32,000 nucleotides of DNA from Ignicoccus islandicus DSM 13165. GTDB taxonomy: Archaea > Thermoproteota > Thermoprotei_A > Sulfolobales > Ignicoccaceae. This document shows positions 9,590 through 17,619 of the stretch, in pieces. Where the stretch lies: contig NZ_CP006867.1 in NCBI RefSeq assembly GCF_001481685.1, positions 690,001 through 722,000 of the forward strand, read 5' to 3'. Every line of letters begins with the position of its first letter. The first letter of the stretch is position 1. The notes beneath the pieces were generated by a model. That model was not told where the DNA came from and searched no databases. It was given only the letters and a program-made list of their open reading frames with translations. The translations under genes and the position numbers were made by a program.

Positions 9590-9671
9590 GCCCCGCCGTT
9601 CCCGGCGACGGCTGGGATGCCTCACACCGGCGAACGCCGGTGGATGGGCAAACCCGCCTCCACGGCGGGGC
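9590..9671 (+). ncRNA. Candidate structured ncRNA (or structured leader of lysS), family unknown
   Basis: GC-rich island. Perfect 9-bp outer helix GCCCCGCCG (9590-9598)/CGGCGGGGC (9663-9671). Internal hairpins CCCGG/CTGGG (9601-9616) and CACCGGC-GAAC-GCCGGTG (9625-9642). TATA-like TTATTTAAAA at about 9557-9566, roughly 25-30 nt upstream. Confidence 0.5.
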
Positions 9672-9712
9672 ACATAAACTTCCCCTAGGCATATGCGCTT
9701 GGGCCGAAGATA

Positions 9713-11215
9713 ATGGACTGGTTAAAGAAAATAGCAGACGAAATAATAAAGAGAGGAGGTAAGGCGTTCGTTATCGCTTCAGGCATGACTACCTCAGGAC
9801 CAGCTCACTTAGGTACGTTAAGTGAATTCATTTACCCATATTCTATAGCTCAAGAACTAAAGAAGAGGGGCTACGATGCGGAATTCATATTCGTTGCAGA
9901 CATTATGGACGCATTCGATGACATACCTCTAACTCTGAAAGACAAGGCAGAAGAGCTGAAGAAGTACCTAGGCAAGCCGCTCGCAGAGGTTCCAGATCCC
10001 TATGGTTGCCACGACAGCTACGGCGAGCACTTCCTCGCGGAATTTTTGGAACTCATGAAGAGGTTTGGAATAGAGCCTGACGAAGTGTTTAAGGCATCTG
10101 ATCTATACAAAGAAGGATGGTATGACGACTACTTGAGGTTATTTGTTGAAAGGAGAACTGAATTGAAAAAGATAATGGAAGAAACCGCTATGAGGAAGCT
10201 GCCCGAAGATTGGTGGGACTTCGTTAAGCCAATATGTGAGAAGTGTGGAAGGATAGATAAAACGAAGGTAAAGAAGGTCGAAGGCGATAAAATATATTAC
10301 AAATGCGAAGCATGCGGTCACGAAGGATCAATCGATATATCTTCTCATAGATGGAAGCTTGCGTGGAGAGTCGATTGGCCTTCTAGGCAAGATTTCTTGG
10401 GCGTAGATGCGGAAGGAGGCGGAGTGGATCACTTCACTAAGGGAGGTTCGTGGGATACGGCCCGAGAGATACATAAGAGAATTTTCGGGAAAGAACCACC
10501 AGTTGGTTTCAGGTACGGATTCGTACTAATGGATGGTAAGAAAATGAGTAAGAGTAAGGGTATAGGAGCTCTCAACGAAATAATGGCCTTACTTCACCCA
10601 GCGGTAATTATGTACTTCATTCTGAAACACGATATCGTTGAAAACAAGAACTTCAAAATGAACCCAAGGTTCCTGCTTCAGTTATATGAAGAATATAGGA
10701 GGGTTGCCCTCGGGGAAGATAAGGACCCCAAGAGAGTGAAAGCGTGGGAACTAAGTGGTAAAAAGGTGTGGAAAGTAGGTTTCGCTGATCTCTTAGTGTA
10801 TTACCAGATATATAGGGATTGGAAGAAGGTTGCAGAACTCGTTGGAGACGTTGAATCCATCAAAGACTTAGCACCGTACGTTGAGGAATGGATCAAGAGG
10901 AACTTCGTTCCAGATGAATATAAGGTAGAAATTAAACAAGGAAAAGTTGGCGATCCCAAAGGCTGCGAGTTCCTTTCAAAGCTAGCTCAATTACTTAAAG
11001 AAGAGATGAGCGATGTAGAGATACATAACGCAATTTACGAAATAGCGAGAGAACTCGGACTCTCTCCCAAAGAGGCATTCAAGTACGTGTATCGGGTTTT
11101 GTTAGATAGCGACCGGGGACCGAGAGCTGGGAGATTGATCAAAGCTATAGGGGTAAAGAGGGCAAGGGACATGTTCCTTAAGGCTTGCGAAGACGAACCC
11201 TCAAAAGTACGTTAA
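9713..11215 (+). CDS. lysS: Lysyl-tRNA synthetase, class I
   Basis: Class I signature region TTSGPAHLGTLSEF, Zn-finger-like CEKCGRIDKTKVKKVEGDKIYYKCEACGH, VDWPSRQDFLGVDAEGGGVDHFTKGGS and DGKKMSKSKG. Confidence 0.93.
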   Translation: MDWLKKIADEIIKRGGKAFVIASGMTTSGPAHLGTLSEFIYPYSIAQELKKRGYDAEFIFVADIMDAFDDIPLTLKDKAEELKKYLGKPLAEVPDPYGCHDSYGEHFLAEFLELMKRFGIEPDEVFKASDLYKEGWYDDYLRLFVERRTELKKIMEETAMRKLPEDWWDFVKPICEKCGRIDKTKVKKVEGDKIYYKCEACGHEGSIDISSHRWKLAWRVDWPSRQDFLGVDAEGGGVDHFTKGGSWDTAREIHKRIFGKEPPVGFRYGFVLMDGKKMSKSKGIGALNEIMALLHPAVIMYFILKHDIVENKNFKMNPRFLLQLYEEYRRVALGEDKDPKRVKAWELSGKKVWKVGFADLLVYYQIYRDWKKVAELVGDVESIKDLAPYVEEWIKRNFVPDEYKVEIKQGKVGDPKGCEFLSKLAQLLKEEMSDVEIHNAIYEIARELGLSPKEAFKYVYRVLLDSDRGPRAGRLIKAIGVKRARDMFLKACEDEPSKVR

Positions 11216-11447
11216 GTCAAAGAGAAGGAATATTTAGCTAAAAGTGTATCTTTATGGTCGGGAATAATAACGTGGAGTCCGATAACTCAACATTGGTCGT
11301 TGCGGCATGGGGGGACGTTTATTAGGGTTAATTAGGGTAGTTTGCTGTAGATTAGGAGCCCTTGCGGGGCGATGGGAGCAACGTTCCAAGCTCCTTAGGG
11401 CGCCTTATCCTAGATGGGAGCCCCGTGCCTAACTTAGGTGAGATATA

Positions 11448-11945
11448 ATGAAGAAGTCTTCATGCAAATCTACTCTACCCGAATGGGTGAGAGGTTGGTT
11501 AGCTGGGATAATTGATGGCGAGGGCACAATTACCCTTAAAAAGAAACGGCGAAAAGATAATGGGAATATTAACTATATACCCTTGACAGTTATAAATAAC
11601 ACTAACTTAGAGTTTCTTGAGAGAATTAAAGAAATTTGTGGATGTGGAACAATAGCACAACAATCTTCCTCGTATACAAAGAAACATCCAAATTGGAACT
11701 TAATTTATAGGCTGGAAATAAAAGGTTCATTTAATGTAAAAACTCTACTGAAACAAGTTTATCCGTATCTAATCATAAAACGTAAGCACGCCGAGATAGT
11801 TATGAGAATATGTGAAGAGAACATTAGAGCGTATTCGTTAAACCGACCAGCAAATACAGAATACTTGGAGAAACTCATTCAAGAACTTAAGTCTTTAGCA
11901 AAGGGAGGAAGAAGAAGCGCTGTTGGGCTCGATGGCCGCCCATGA
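11448..11945 (+). CDS. LAGLIDADG homing endonuclease, single-motif
   Basis: WVRGWLAGIIDGEGTITLKKK in a 165-aa ORF. One LAGLIDADG helix suggests a homodimeric enzyme of the kind encoded in RNA-gene introns. Confidence 0.88.
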   Translation: MKKSSCKSTLPEWVRGWLAGIIDGEGTITLKKKRRKDNGNINYIPLTVINNTNLEFLERIKEICGCGTIAQQSSSYTKKHPNWNLIYRLEIKGSFNVKTLLKQVYPYLIIKRKHAEIVMRICEENIRAYSLNRPANTEYLEKLIQELKSLAKGGRRSAVGLDGRP

Positions 11946-12130
11946 CCCCACAGCCTCCAAGAGGGGTTGTGGACGAAGTGGAAGTCTCTAGAGGCGACCC
12001 TTATCTTACAAGGGAAGACCCTCTAGGCACAAACGGCATCTTCCCGATAACGTTCGAATCGGAGCGTAATTATTCATCGAGAACCAGCTCGAAGGGGGTT
12101 AGGAAAGCGAATACCCATTTAAAAACTAGG

Positions 12131-13177
12131 TTACTCCCTCTTCCTCCTCAGCTTAGGCATCAAGAACGCAGCTGCCAGAGCAATGACCGGAATCTTCGAT
12201 ATGTTCAGCGTAGTGGTGGAACTGGAAGTCGTCGTGGTTGTCGTAGTAGTGGTTGTTACTGGCTGAGGGGTATATCCAACTACTCGGTACATCTCAACCT
12301 TACCGTCCCAATTACCTCCGTCATGGAGCAAGTAGCCAACTGCTAGCCTATCCCTCCACCAAGCTACGCTCCAAGTTCCGCCCATGTACTTGGAATAGAC
12401 CACGTCCCCGTTAATGTCGAATATATTGAGCATGTTGCGGGTATCGGCCACTGCTATGTACTTGCAATCCGGAGAGAAGGCAGGAGTGTGTTCCCCCCAA
12501 CCAACGTTCAGCCCGACGCTCTTCCACAACAGCCTAGGATTGACTGGATCGGAGATATCGTAAACGTACAGCTCATCAGCGATTACCGCTAGGTAGTTCC
12601 CGCAAGCGTTGACGCTACCGGTATAGTAATCGTAGCTTATCTCCTTGACTATTTCCCCAGTGTCTAAGTCAAGTATTTGGAGCTTGTAGCTCCCATGGTT
12701 AGCTGCGTAAACGTAGCCCTTGTGGACTACGACGTCTTGAACCTCACCGCCAACGTTAGTGTCCCAGTACTTATTCCCATTGAAGTCGTACTTGGCACAG
12801 TACCCATCGCAAGCTATGAAGCCTTTATCGAAGAGGACAATTGCAGTATCGTGGCTGTCCCCAACCGCTATCTTCTTCCAGAAGGTTCCGTTTTCGTAGA
12901 AGAGGTAGACGTAGTCATCGAGATTGACGAACCCGAACACTCCGTTGGAGTAGCCGGCCCCATCCATACTATATCTTCCGCACTTCTTCCCAAGCAAGTT
13001 CCCGTTGGGATCAACAATGTAGGCGCAATTGTCCCAAGAGGCTATTCCCAAGTTGCCGTTGGACGAGAGGGCCATGTCTCCAATGACATCGCTAGGCTGA
13101 TCGAAGGTCCACAAGAGCTGTAAGTCCAATGCGTGTAGGGCTACCGCTAGCAGAGCTAAGGCGAGAGGTATCCTCAT
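12131..13177 (-). CDS. Predicted cell-surface beta-propeller protein with Thr-rich linker and C-terminal TM anchor
   Basis: Signal peptide MRIPLALALLAVALHA, propeller repeats (TPAFSPDCKYIAVADTRNMLNIFDINGD), linker TTTTTTTTTTSSSTTT, then IPVIALAAAFLMPKLRRKRE. Confidence 0.8.
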   Translation of the reverse strand: MRIPLALALLAVALHALDLQLLWTFDQPSDVIGDMALSSNGNLGIASWDNCAYIVDPNGNLLGKKCGRYSMDGAGYSNGVFGFVNLDDYVYLFYENGTFWKKIAVGDSHDTAIVLFDKGFIACDGYCAKYDFNGNKYWDTNVGGEVQDVVVHKGYVYAANHGSYKLQILDLDTGEIVKEISYDYYTGSVNACGNYLAVIADELYVYDISDPVNPRLLWKSVGLNVGWGEHTPAFSPDCKYIAVADTRNMLNIFDINGDVVYSKYMGGTWSVAWWRDRLAVGYLLHDGGNWDGKVEMYRVVGYTPQPVTTTTTTTTTTSSSTTTLNISKIPVIALAAAFLMPKLRRKRE

Positions 13178-13649
13178 TCTAAAACGTCCTCACGTAACGT
13201 AATTTACTAGCGAACCCTATTATAGTTAATTACTATTTTACATTGTCTTCATTTGCTATATATCGTTGTTCAGAAAATCTAGAAAACAGGTAAACATAAG
13301 GGTATGGGACTATCAGAGTGGGACCGGAGTATAAAGTATAAGCTGGAGCTTCCCGGAGGGTATCGATGGAAGTATACCAACGTTATCAAGAGACTCATGA
13401 GGGCTTTGCGGAACATCCGAAGAGATTACGAAAACTTATCGAATCCGTTCGTGTAAGGGATTTCTCCCATCAACTTCTGCGTCACGCACTACGTATGATA
13501 CGTCATACGCCTCCTCGAGTCTTAGTATATAGATCGACTGTCTCTAATAATATGTTTGTTTAATTCTGAGGTAGTTCCTTGAAAACTCTCGCACATAAAT
13601 ACGAGAAGTTTAACTATAAAATTGCATCCTTAGAGGAGGGATCACTAAT

Positions 13650-15162
13650 ATGTACAATAAATCAATATTGGTCGTTGCTGTATGGGGAGTTCCCTTCGGT
13701 TGAGAGAAGGTCGAGTATGTCCTTCCGAACTCATCTGAAACCTTCGTTTGCAGATCCTCAACGTTTCCATTGCTTCTCCAACTTTGTAGAGACGGGAAGA
13801 ACGTATACGAAAAAGTATTCCTTTTGGACTCGTCTGTTTTAGTTCGTTCGAGAAATGAGTGCGTTCAAAGGACAACAACATCAGATAAGCTACCGGAGGC
13901 TTCTAACAGCTATAATGAAGTGATTAAGTACGTTAAACAGAGAACGTTCGAGTGGGGTCCGAAAATGCGGTTGCCCGGATCACGAATACGTTAGTGAAAT
14001 AATAACGTTCTCGGTAAACCAAACGTAGGTAGGTACGGTAATTGGGAATACAGCTATTTCATGAGAAATAGCGTAGAACCTTATTCGTTAGCATACCCAT
14101 TAATGGTTTTAGACCTATTAAGGACGGTAATCGAATAGGAAACCAGATGAAATAGTAGTAGATCTCTCTCACGGCCCGAATTACGTAGTCGCTTCCCTAA
14201 AGGACGCCGTCCTTGACGTGGCTAAGTTATATTCCATGACCCTCCAGCGAGAAGTAAAGGTAGTGTTCTATAATAGCAACCCATTACCTTTTCCATTTCC
14301 GAAAAGCGAAATCCCTCGAATACCGATCCATAAAACAGACGAAGTTCTAATAAGTCCCCGAGAAGCGGCCGAAGACGTAGCCCTTGAATTAAATAGAAAA
14401 GGCGAGTCACCTAAATCCATACTAAAGCTTGATTCAAGATTTTTTGAGGGAGGGGAAGCTAGTGAGTATCATAGGGTTCTAGATAGCGCATTTAAAGTAA
14501 ATGCGAATTTACTAAGAAAGTACTCAATAGCCTCGGCCAGGGTCTTCGCTTATTCGATGGCCCTGGCGGGGGCTTATATCGCTCGAAATCTACTCAGCTT
14601 CAATTACGATTATTTGAAAGGAGCAAAGCACCTCGCAGATACGCTCTTTAATGGACTAATAAGTAAAACCTTAATCAATAGATCCTCAAAGAGAATAGAA
14701 TTACCTATGAGGGTAAAGGGTAAGGAATTAGTTGCCTTGCTAAAGGCCTTCGCACTAAGCTATTACATTTTAAAGAAATACGAATCCGAGCTTGGTACTC
14801 AGAGACTTGCTGAGGTGGAGGGAGAAGGACTCAGTCTCAATGAAATGGAATTAATGTCGCCACACCTAAGTAGCTTCTACAAGAGCGTACTCGAATCGGA
14901 AATTAATGACTATGAAAGGAAATGCGTTAACGAGAACAAGGGTTGCGATATTGTAATAGATAAAGGGAGGTGGTCCAACGAAGAATGCAATATCAGTTCT
15001 CCTAATCCTCGACATATGAAGGCCCATATAGGTCTTGAGAAAAACCTCGTCGAAAGCAGAATAGATAATGGAATCTTACGAATTAGGTATAGGAAATTGG
15101 AAGGGAAATATTCGAAATGCTGGAAGAAGATACTTGATGAATTATCTAAGCCCCAGTTTTAG
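13650..15162 (+). pseudogene. Disrupted CRISPR-associated Csx1/MJ1666-family gene (CARF + HEPN)
   Basis: RBS-like GAGGAGGG precedes ATG at 13650. The conceptual product MYNKSILVVAVWGVPFG*EKVEYVLPNSSETFVCRSSTFPLLLQLC has TGA at 13701 where a Trp is expected. Further stops occur at about 13992-13997. A frameshift at about 14130-14140 separates GNWEYSYFMRNSVEPYSLAYPLMVLDLLRTVIE from KPDEIVVDLSHGPNYVVASLKDAVLDVAKLY. The C-terminus keeps RHMKAHIGLEKNLVE, an RxxxxH HEPN motif. Confidence 0.7.
14218..15162 (+). CDS. Intact C-terminal ORF of the disrupted Csx1-family gene (HEPN-containing remainder)
   Basis: 315-aa uninterrupted ORF with a GTG start. The open frame actually extends upstream to about 14131 through VVDLSHGPNY. 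Ends with an RxxxxH-containing segment. Confidence 0.55.
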   Translation: MAKLYSMTLQREVKVVFYNSNPLPFPFPKSEIPRIPIHKTDEVLISPREAAEDVALELNRKGESPKSILKLDSRFFEGGEASEYHRVLDSAFKVNANLLRKYSIASARVFAYSMALAGAYIARNLLSFNYDYLKGAKHLADTLFNGLISKTLINRSSKRIELPMRVKGKELVALLKAFALSYYILKKYESELGTQRLAEVEGEGLSLNEMELMSPHLSSFYKSVLESEINDYERKCVNENKGCDIVIDKGRWSNEECNISSPNPRHMKAHIGLEKNLVESRIDNGILRIRYRKLEGKYSKCWKKILDELSKPQF

Positions 15163-15170
15163 TGAAGTGG

Positions 15171-15255
15171 TGCGGGGGGTGGGATTTGAACCCACGCAGG
15201 CCTACGCCATCGGGTCCTGAGCCCGACCCCTTTGGCCAGGCTCGGGCACCCCCGC
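15171..15255 (-). tRNA. tRNA-Leu (anticodon CAG)
   Basis: Minus strand GCGGGGGTGCCCGAGCCTGGCCAAAGGGGTCGGGCTCAGGACCCGATGGCGTAGGCCTGCGTGGGTTCAAATCCCACCCCCCGCA. Acceptor GCGGGGG/CCCCCGC, anticodon loop CTCAGGA, T-loop TTCAAAT, long variable arm, A73. Confidence 0.96.
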
Positions 15256-15284
15256 AGCGCCGGTAAGGCCAACTATAAGAAAAT

Positions 15285-16034
15285 TTAAGAGCTTAACCCT
15301 CTTGCCTTAAGTAACTCTTTAGCGAACCAAGCGAAGCCCTTTCCAGCAGGGTACGGGGTTACTATATCAGCATGCTTCTTCAAAACGTCTTGTGCGTCGC
15401 TAACGGCAACCCCTATGCCAGCTAATTTTATCATGTCGAGATCGTTTTCGGCGTCGCCAACGGCAGCCAACTTCTCTAACGGTATACCGAACCTCTTCAA
15501 GATCCTCTCTACACCTAGTCCCTTCCCGCATCTCTCTGGCATTACGTGTATCGCGTGACGACTCGCTTTCACCCTTATACCGTGCTTTAGGTAGCCGAAC
15601 TCTCTCAGTATTTCCTCAGCCTTCTGGGCATCGCTTTCCTTTACCTCACCCGTAGGAGAGTTCAAGGCGAAATCGCACATTCTCCAAGGGTTTTGCCAGG
15701 AAGGTTTCCAACCGTTTGTAGATAGTACCTTTAGTAGTATTTCGGCAGCCTCTTTCGCTACATTACATAATTCCTCGTCTACCACCAATTCCCTCCAATT
15801 GAAGTCTCCTACGCCACAACCGTTCTCGAATACAGTAGGTGCGGAGGTACCTAGATATCTCTTTAAGGTAGCAACGATAGGGAAGCTGTTACCACTTACC
15901 AGTATGACCCTTATTCCATATCTTTCCAATTCCCTCAGCGCTTTTATCGCATCTATATCCAAGACGAAGGAAATTCCCTCTGTTAAGGTACCATCTACGT
16001 CTGCAGCAACAACTTCTACTTTTGAGAGGTCCAT
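15285..16034 (-). CDS. pgp: HAD-superfamily phosphatase, archaeal phosphoglycolate phosphatase-like
   Basis: AADVDGTLTEG, VILVSGNSFPIVATLKRYLG and KLAAVGDAENDLDMIKLAGIGVAVSDA. Confidence 0.88.
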   Translation of the reverse strand: MDLSKVEVVAADVDGTLTEGISFVLDIDAIKALRELERYGIRVILVSGNSFPIVATLKRYLGTSAPTVFENGCGVGDFNWRELVVDEELCNVAKEAAEILLKVLSTNGWKPSWQNPWRMCDFALNSPTGEVKESDAQKAEEILREFGYLKHGIRVKASRHAIHVMPERCGKGLGVERILKRFGIPLEKLAAVGDAENDLDMIKLAGIGVAVSDAQDVLKKHADIVTPYPAGKGFAWFAKELLKARGLSS

Positions 16035-16606
16035 TTCCTCAGCACCTCCACTACCTCACTTATGAGAGGTTGTAAAACCATTACTTTAGGTCGAACTTCC
16101 CTCCATTCGCCACTTAGCGTAACGGTGAGTAAGTGGTAACTTCCCATGGGGCTTACAGCAATAACTTTTCCCTCAGAAGTCGCTACTAAGCCGTTTACTA
16201 TCAACTCTCCTAAAAAGTCTGTTCTTAAGAGACCTAAGTTCAAATTCAAGTTCTCTATTGGAACATTTGCTATTAAGGTCGACATGTCAATTTGGTCTTC
16301 ACTGTAATTTATCTCAGTAAGGAAGGAAATAAGTTCGGCTACATAATCTTTAAAATTATCTATATCGCCAAACAGTATGATGTTCTTCGCATCGGGAGTA
16401 ACGTATATTTTATATGCTATTGACTGGAGATCTTCCGAAGGCTTATAACCAATTAGCAAATTTTCCATGCTTAGTATCTCATATGTACCGTCCTCTTTTG
16501 GGAGGACCTTAGCGCTCCATAAACCGTATTTCGCTAATACTTTCGAGAACTCGACTAGGTTGAGGGGAACGCTTAGGTGAAGCTCCAATCTCGCACTTCC
16601 TTCCAC
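16016..16606 (-). CDS. Hypothetical protein, 196 aa
   Basis: Long ORF overlapping the start of the HAD phosphatase gene by 19 nt. No family recognised. Confidence 0.65.
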   Translation of the reverse strand: MEGSARLELHLSVPLNLVEFSKVLAKYGLWSAKVLPKEDGTYEILSMENLLIGYKPSEDLQSIAYKIYVTPDAKNIILFGDIDNFKDYVAELISFLTEINYSEDQIDMSTLIANVPIENLNLNLGLLRTDFLGELIVNGLVATSEGKVIAVSPMGSYHLLTVTLSGEWREVRPKVMVLQPLISEVVEVLRKWTSQK

Positions 16607-16701
16607 TAGGCAGCACCTCTCAAATGGGCCACGGGTTCTAGTCGTTCCTCAGTTTAATTTAATTGCAAATCGTTCGTCTTAGGAAGTAACGGGCATAACT
16701 A

Positions 16702-17619
16702 TTGCGTCACCTAATCTCAACTAGAGAATTATCTAAGAAGGACATGATGGAAATATGGGACATTGCTTCTGAAATAGAGAGTAAACGCCTCCACAAAAGC
16801 TCTTGGTGTCTCCTAGAGGGCAAGACGGTCACTCTAGCATTCTTCGAGCCTTCCACTAGAACACGCTTAAGTTTTCAACTAGCGGCCAAGAGGTTATGTG
16901 CCAACGTTCTTCCTACGGTTGGGGAAGAAGCGTTAAGTTTAGCAAAGGGCGAGAGTTTTCACGATACCGTTATGGTCTTAGATGAACTAAGTGACGTGTT
17001 AGTAATAAGGCACTGGATGGAAGGCGCAGCTAAGTACGCTTCGGAAATAGCTAAGCATGCTATCGTTAACGCTGGCGATGGACGTAACTACCATCCAACT
17101 CAGACGCTGATAGACTTGTATACCGTAAAGAAGAGATTCGGAACCATTGATGGACTCAGTTTCGCATTAGTGGGAGATTTGAGATACGCTAGAACGGCTA
17201 AGTCACTCCTAATGGCTCTTACTAAGTTCAATGTTAAATCAATATATATAGTTGCACCGCCCCAGCTGAAACCACACCCATGGATAGTGGAAGAACTAAG
17301 GAGAAATAACGTTAGGGTTTTCGAAACGGATAACTTAAATGAAATTATAGGAATGGTAGACGTTTTATATGTAACTAGGATACAAAAGGAGAGAATCCCC
17401 GATCCAGCTGAATATGAGAAATTAAGGGGAAGTTATAGAGTAACGCTTGAATTGGTGAAGAGAGGCAAGAGCGATTTGCTAGTATTACACCCACTGCCTA
17501 GGCTCGATGAGTTGGATTACGAAATAGATAGTACGCCACACGCCGGTTATTTGGAACAAGTACGCGTTGCCGTTCCAGTTAGGATGGCCGCTCTAGCGTG
17601 GAGCTACGGGGTGGTATGA
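16702..17619 (+). CDS. pyrB: Aspartate carbamoyltransferase catalytic subunit
   Basis: FFEPSTRTRLSFQLAAKRL, VIRHWMEGAAKYAS, NAGDGRNYHPTQTLIDLYT and HPLPRLDELDYEID. Confidence 0.95.
   Translation: MRHLISTRELSKKDMMEIWDIASEIESKRLHKSSWCLLEGKTVTLAFFEPSTRTRLSFQLAAKRLCANVLPTVGEEALSLAKGESFHDTVMVLDELSDVLVIRHWMEGAAKYASEIAKHAIVNAGDGRNYHPTQTLIDLYTVKKRFGTIDGLSFALVGDLRYARTAKSLLMALTKFNVKSIYIVAPPQLKPHPWIVEELRRNNVRVFETDNLNEIIGMVDVLYVTRIQKERIPDPAEYEKLRGSYRVTLELVKRGKSDLLVLHPLPRLDELDYEIDSTPHAGYLEQVRVAVPVRMAALAWSYGVV

Noticed and set aside
9590-9672. tRNA interpretation of the GC-rich element upstream of lysS (7-bp acceptor-like stem plus trailing A)
   Set aside because: No T-arm TTCRANN loop adjacent to the 3' stem and no recognisable D or anticodon arm. 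Kept as an unknown structured RNA.
10139-10321. Minus-strand 60-aa ORF inside lysS
   Set aside because: Antisense shadow of a strongly identified CDS.
12036-12070. GTTCGAATC string downstream of the LAGLIDADG ORF as a tRNA T-arm (spliced tRNA host)
   Set aside because: Flanking bases (CCGAT..ATCGG) leave a 9-nt loop, not a 7-nt T-loop, and no acceptor or D-arm partner is visible in the left flank.
11942-12346. Plus-strand 134-aa ORF after the LAGLIDADG gene
   Set aside because: Covers the folded right flank and then runs antisense to the propeller gene. Composition is not protein-like.
12677-13123. Plus-strand 148-aa ORF antisense to the propeller gene
   Set aside because: Val-rich mirror translation of a clear coding strand with no motif.
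13650-13703. TGA at 13701 as selenocysteine or pyrrolysine recoding
   Set aside because: The aligned family residue is Trp, further stops and a frameshift follow, and no Sec/Pyl context is evident. Mutation is simpler.
13180-15260. Intact insertion sequence or integrase in the accessory patch
   Set aside because: No transposase or integrase motifs, no terminal inverted repeats, and no visible duplication of the tRNA-Leu 3' end inside the window.
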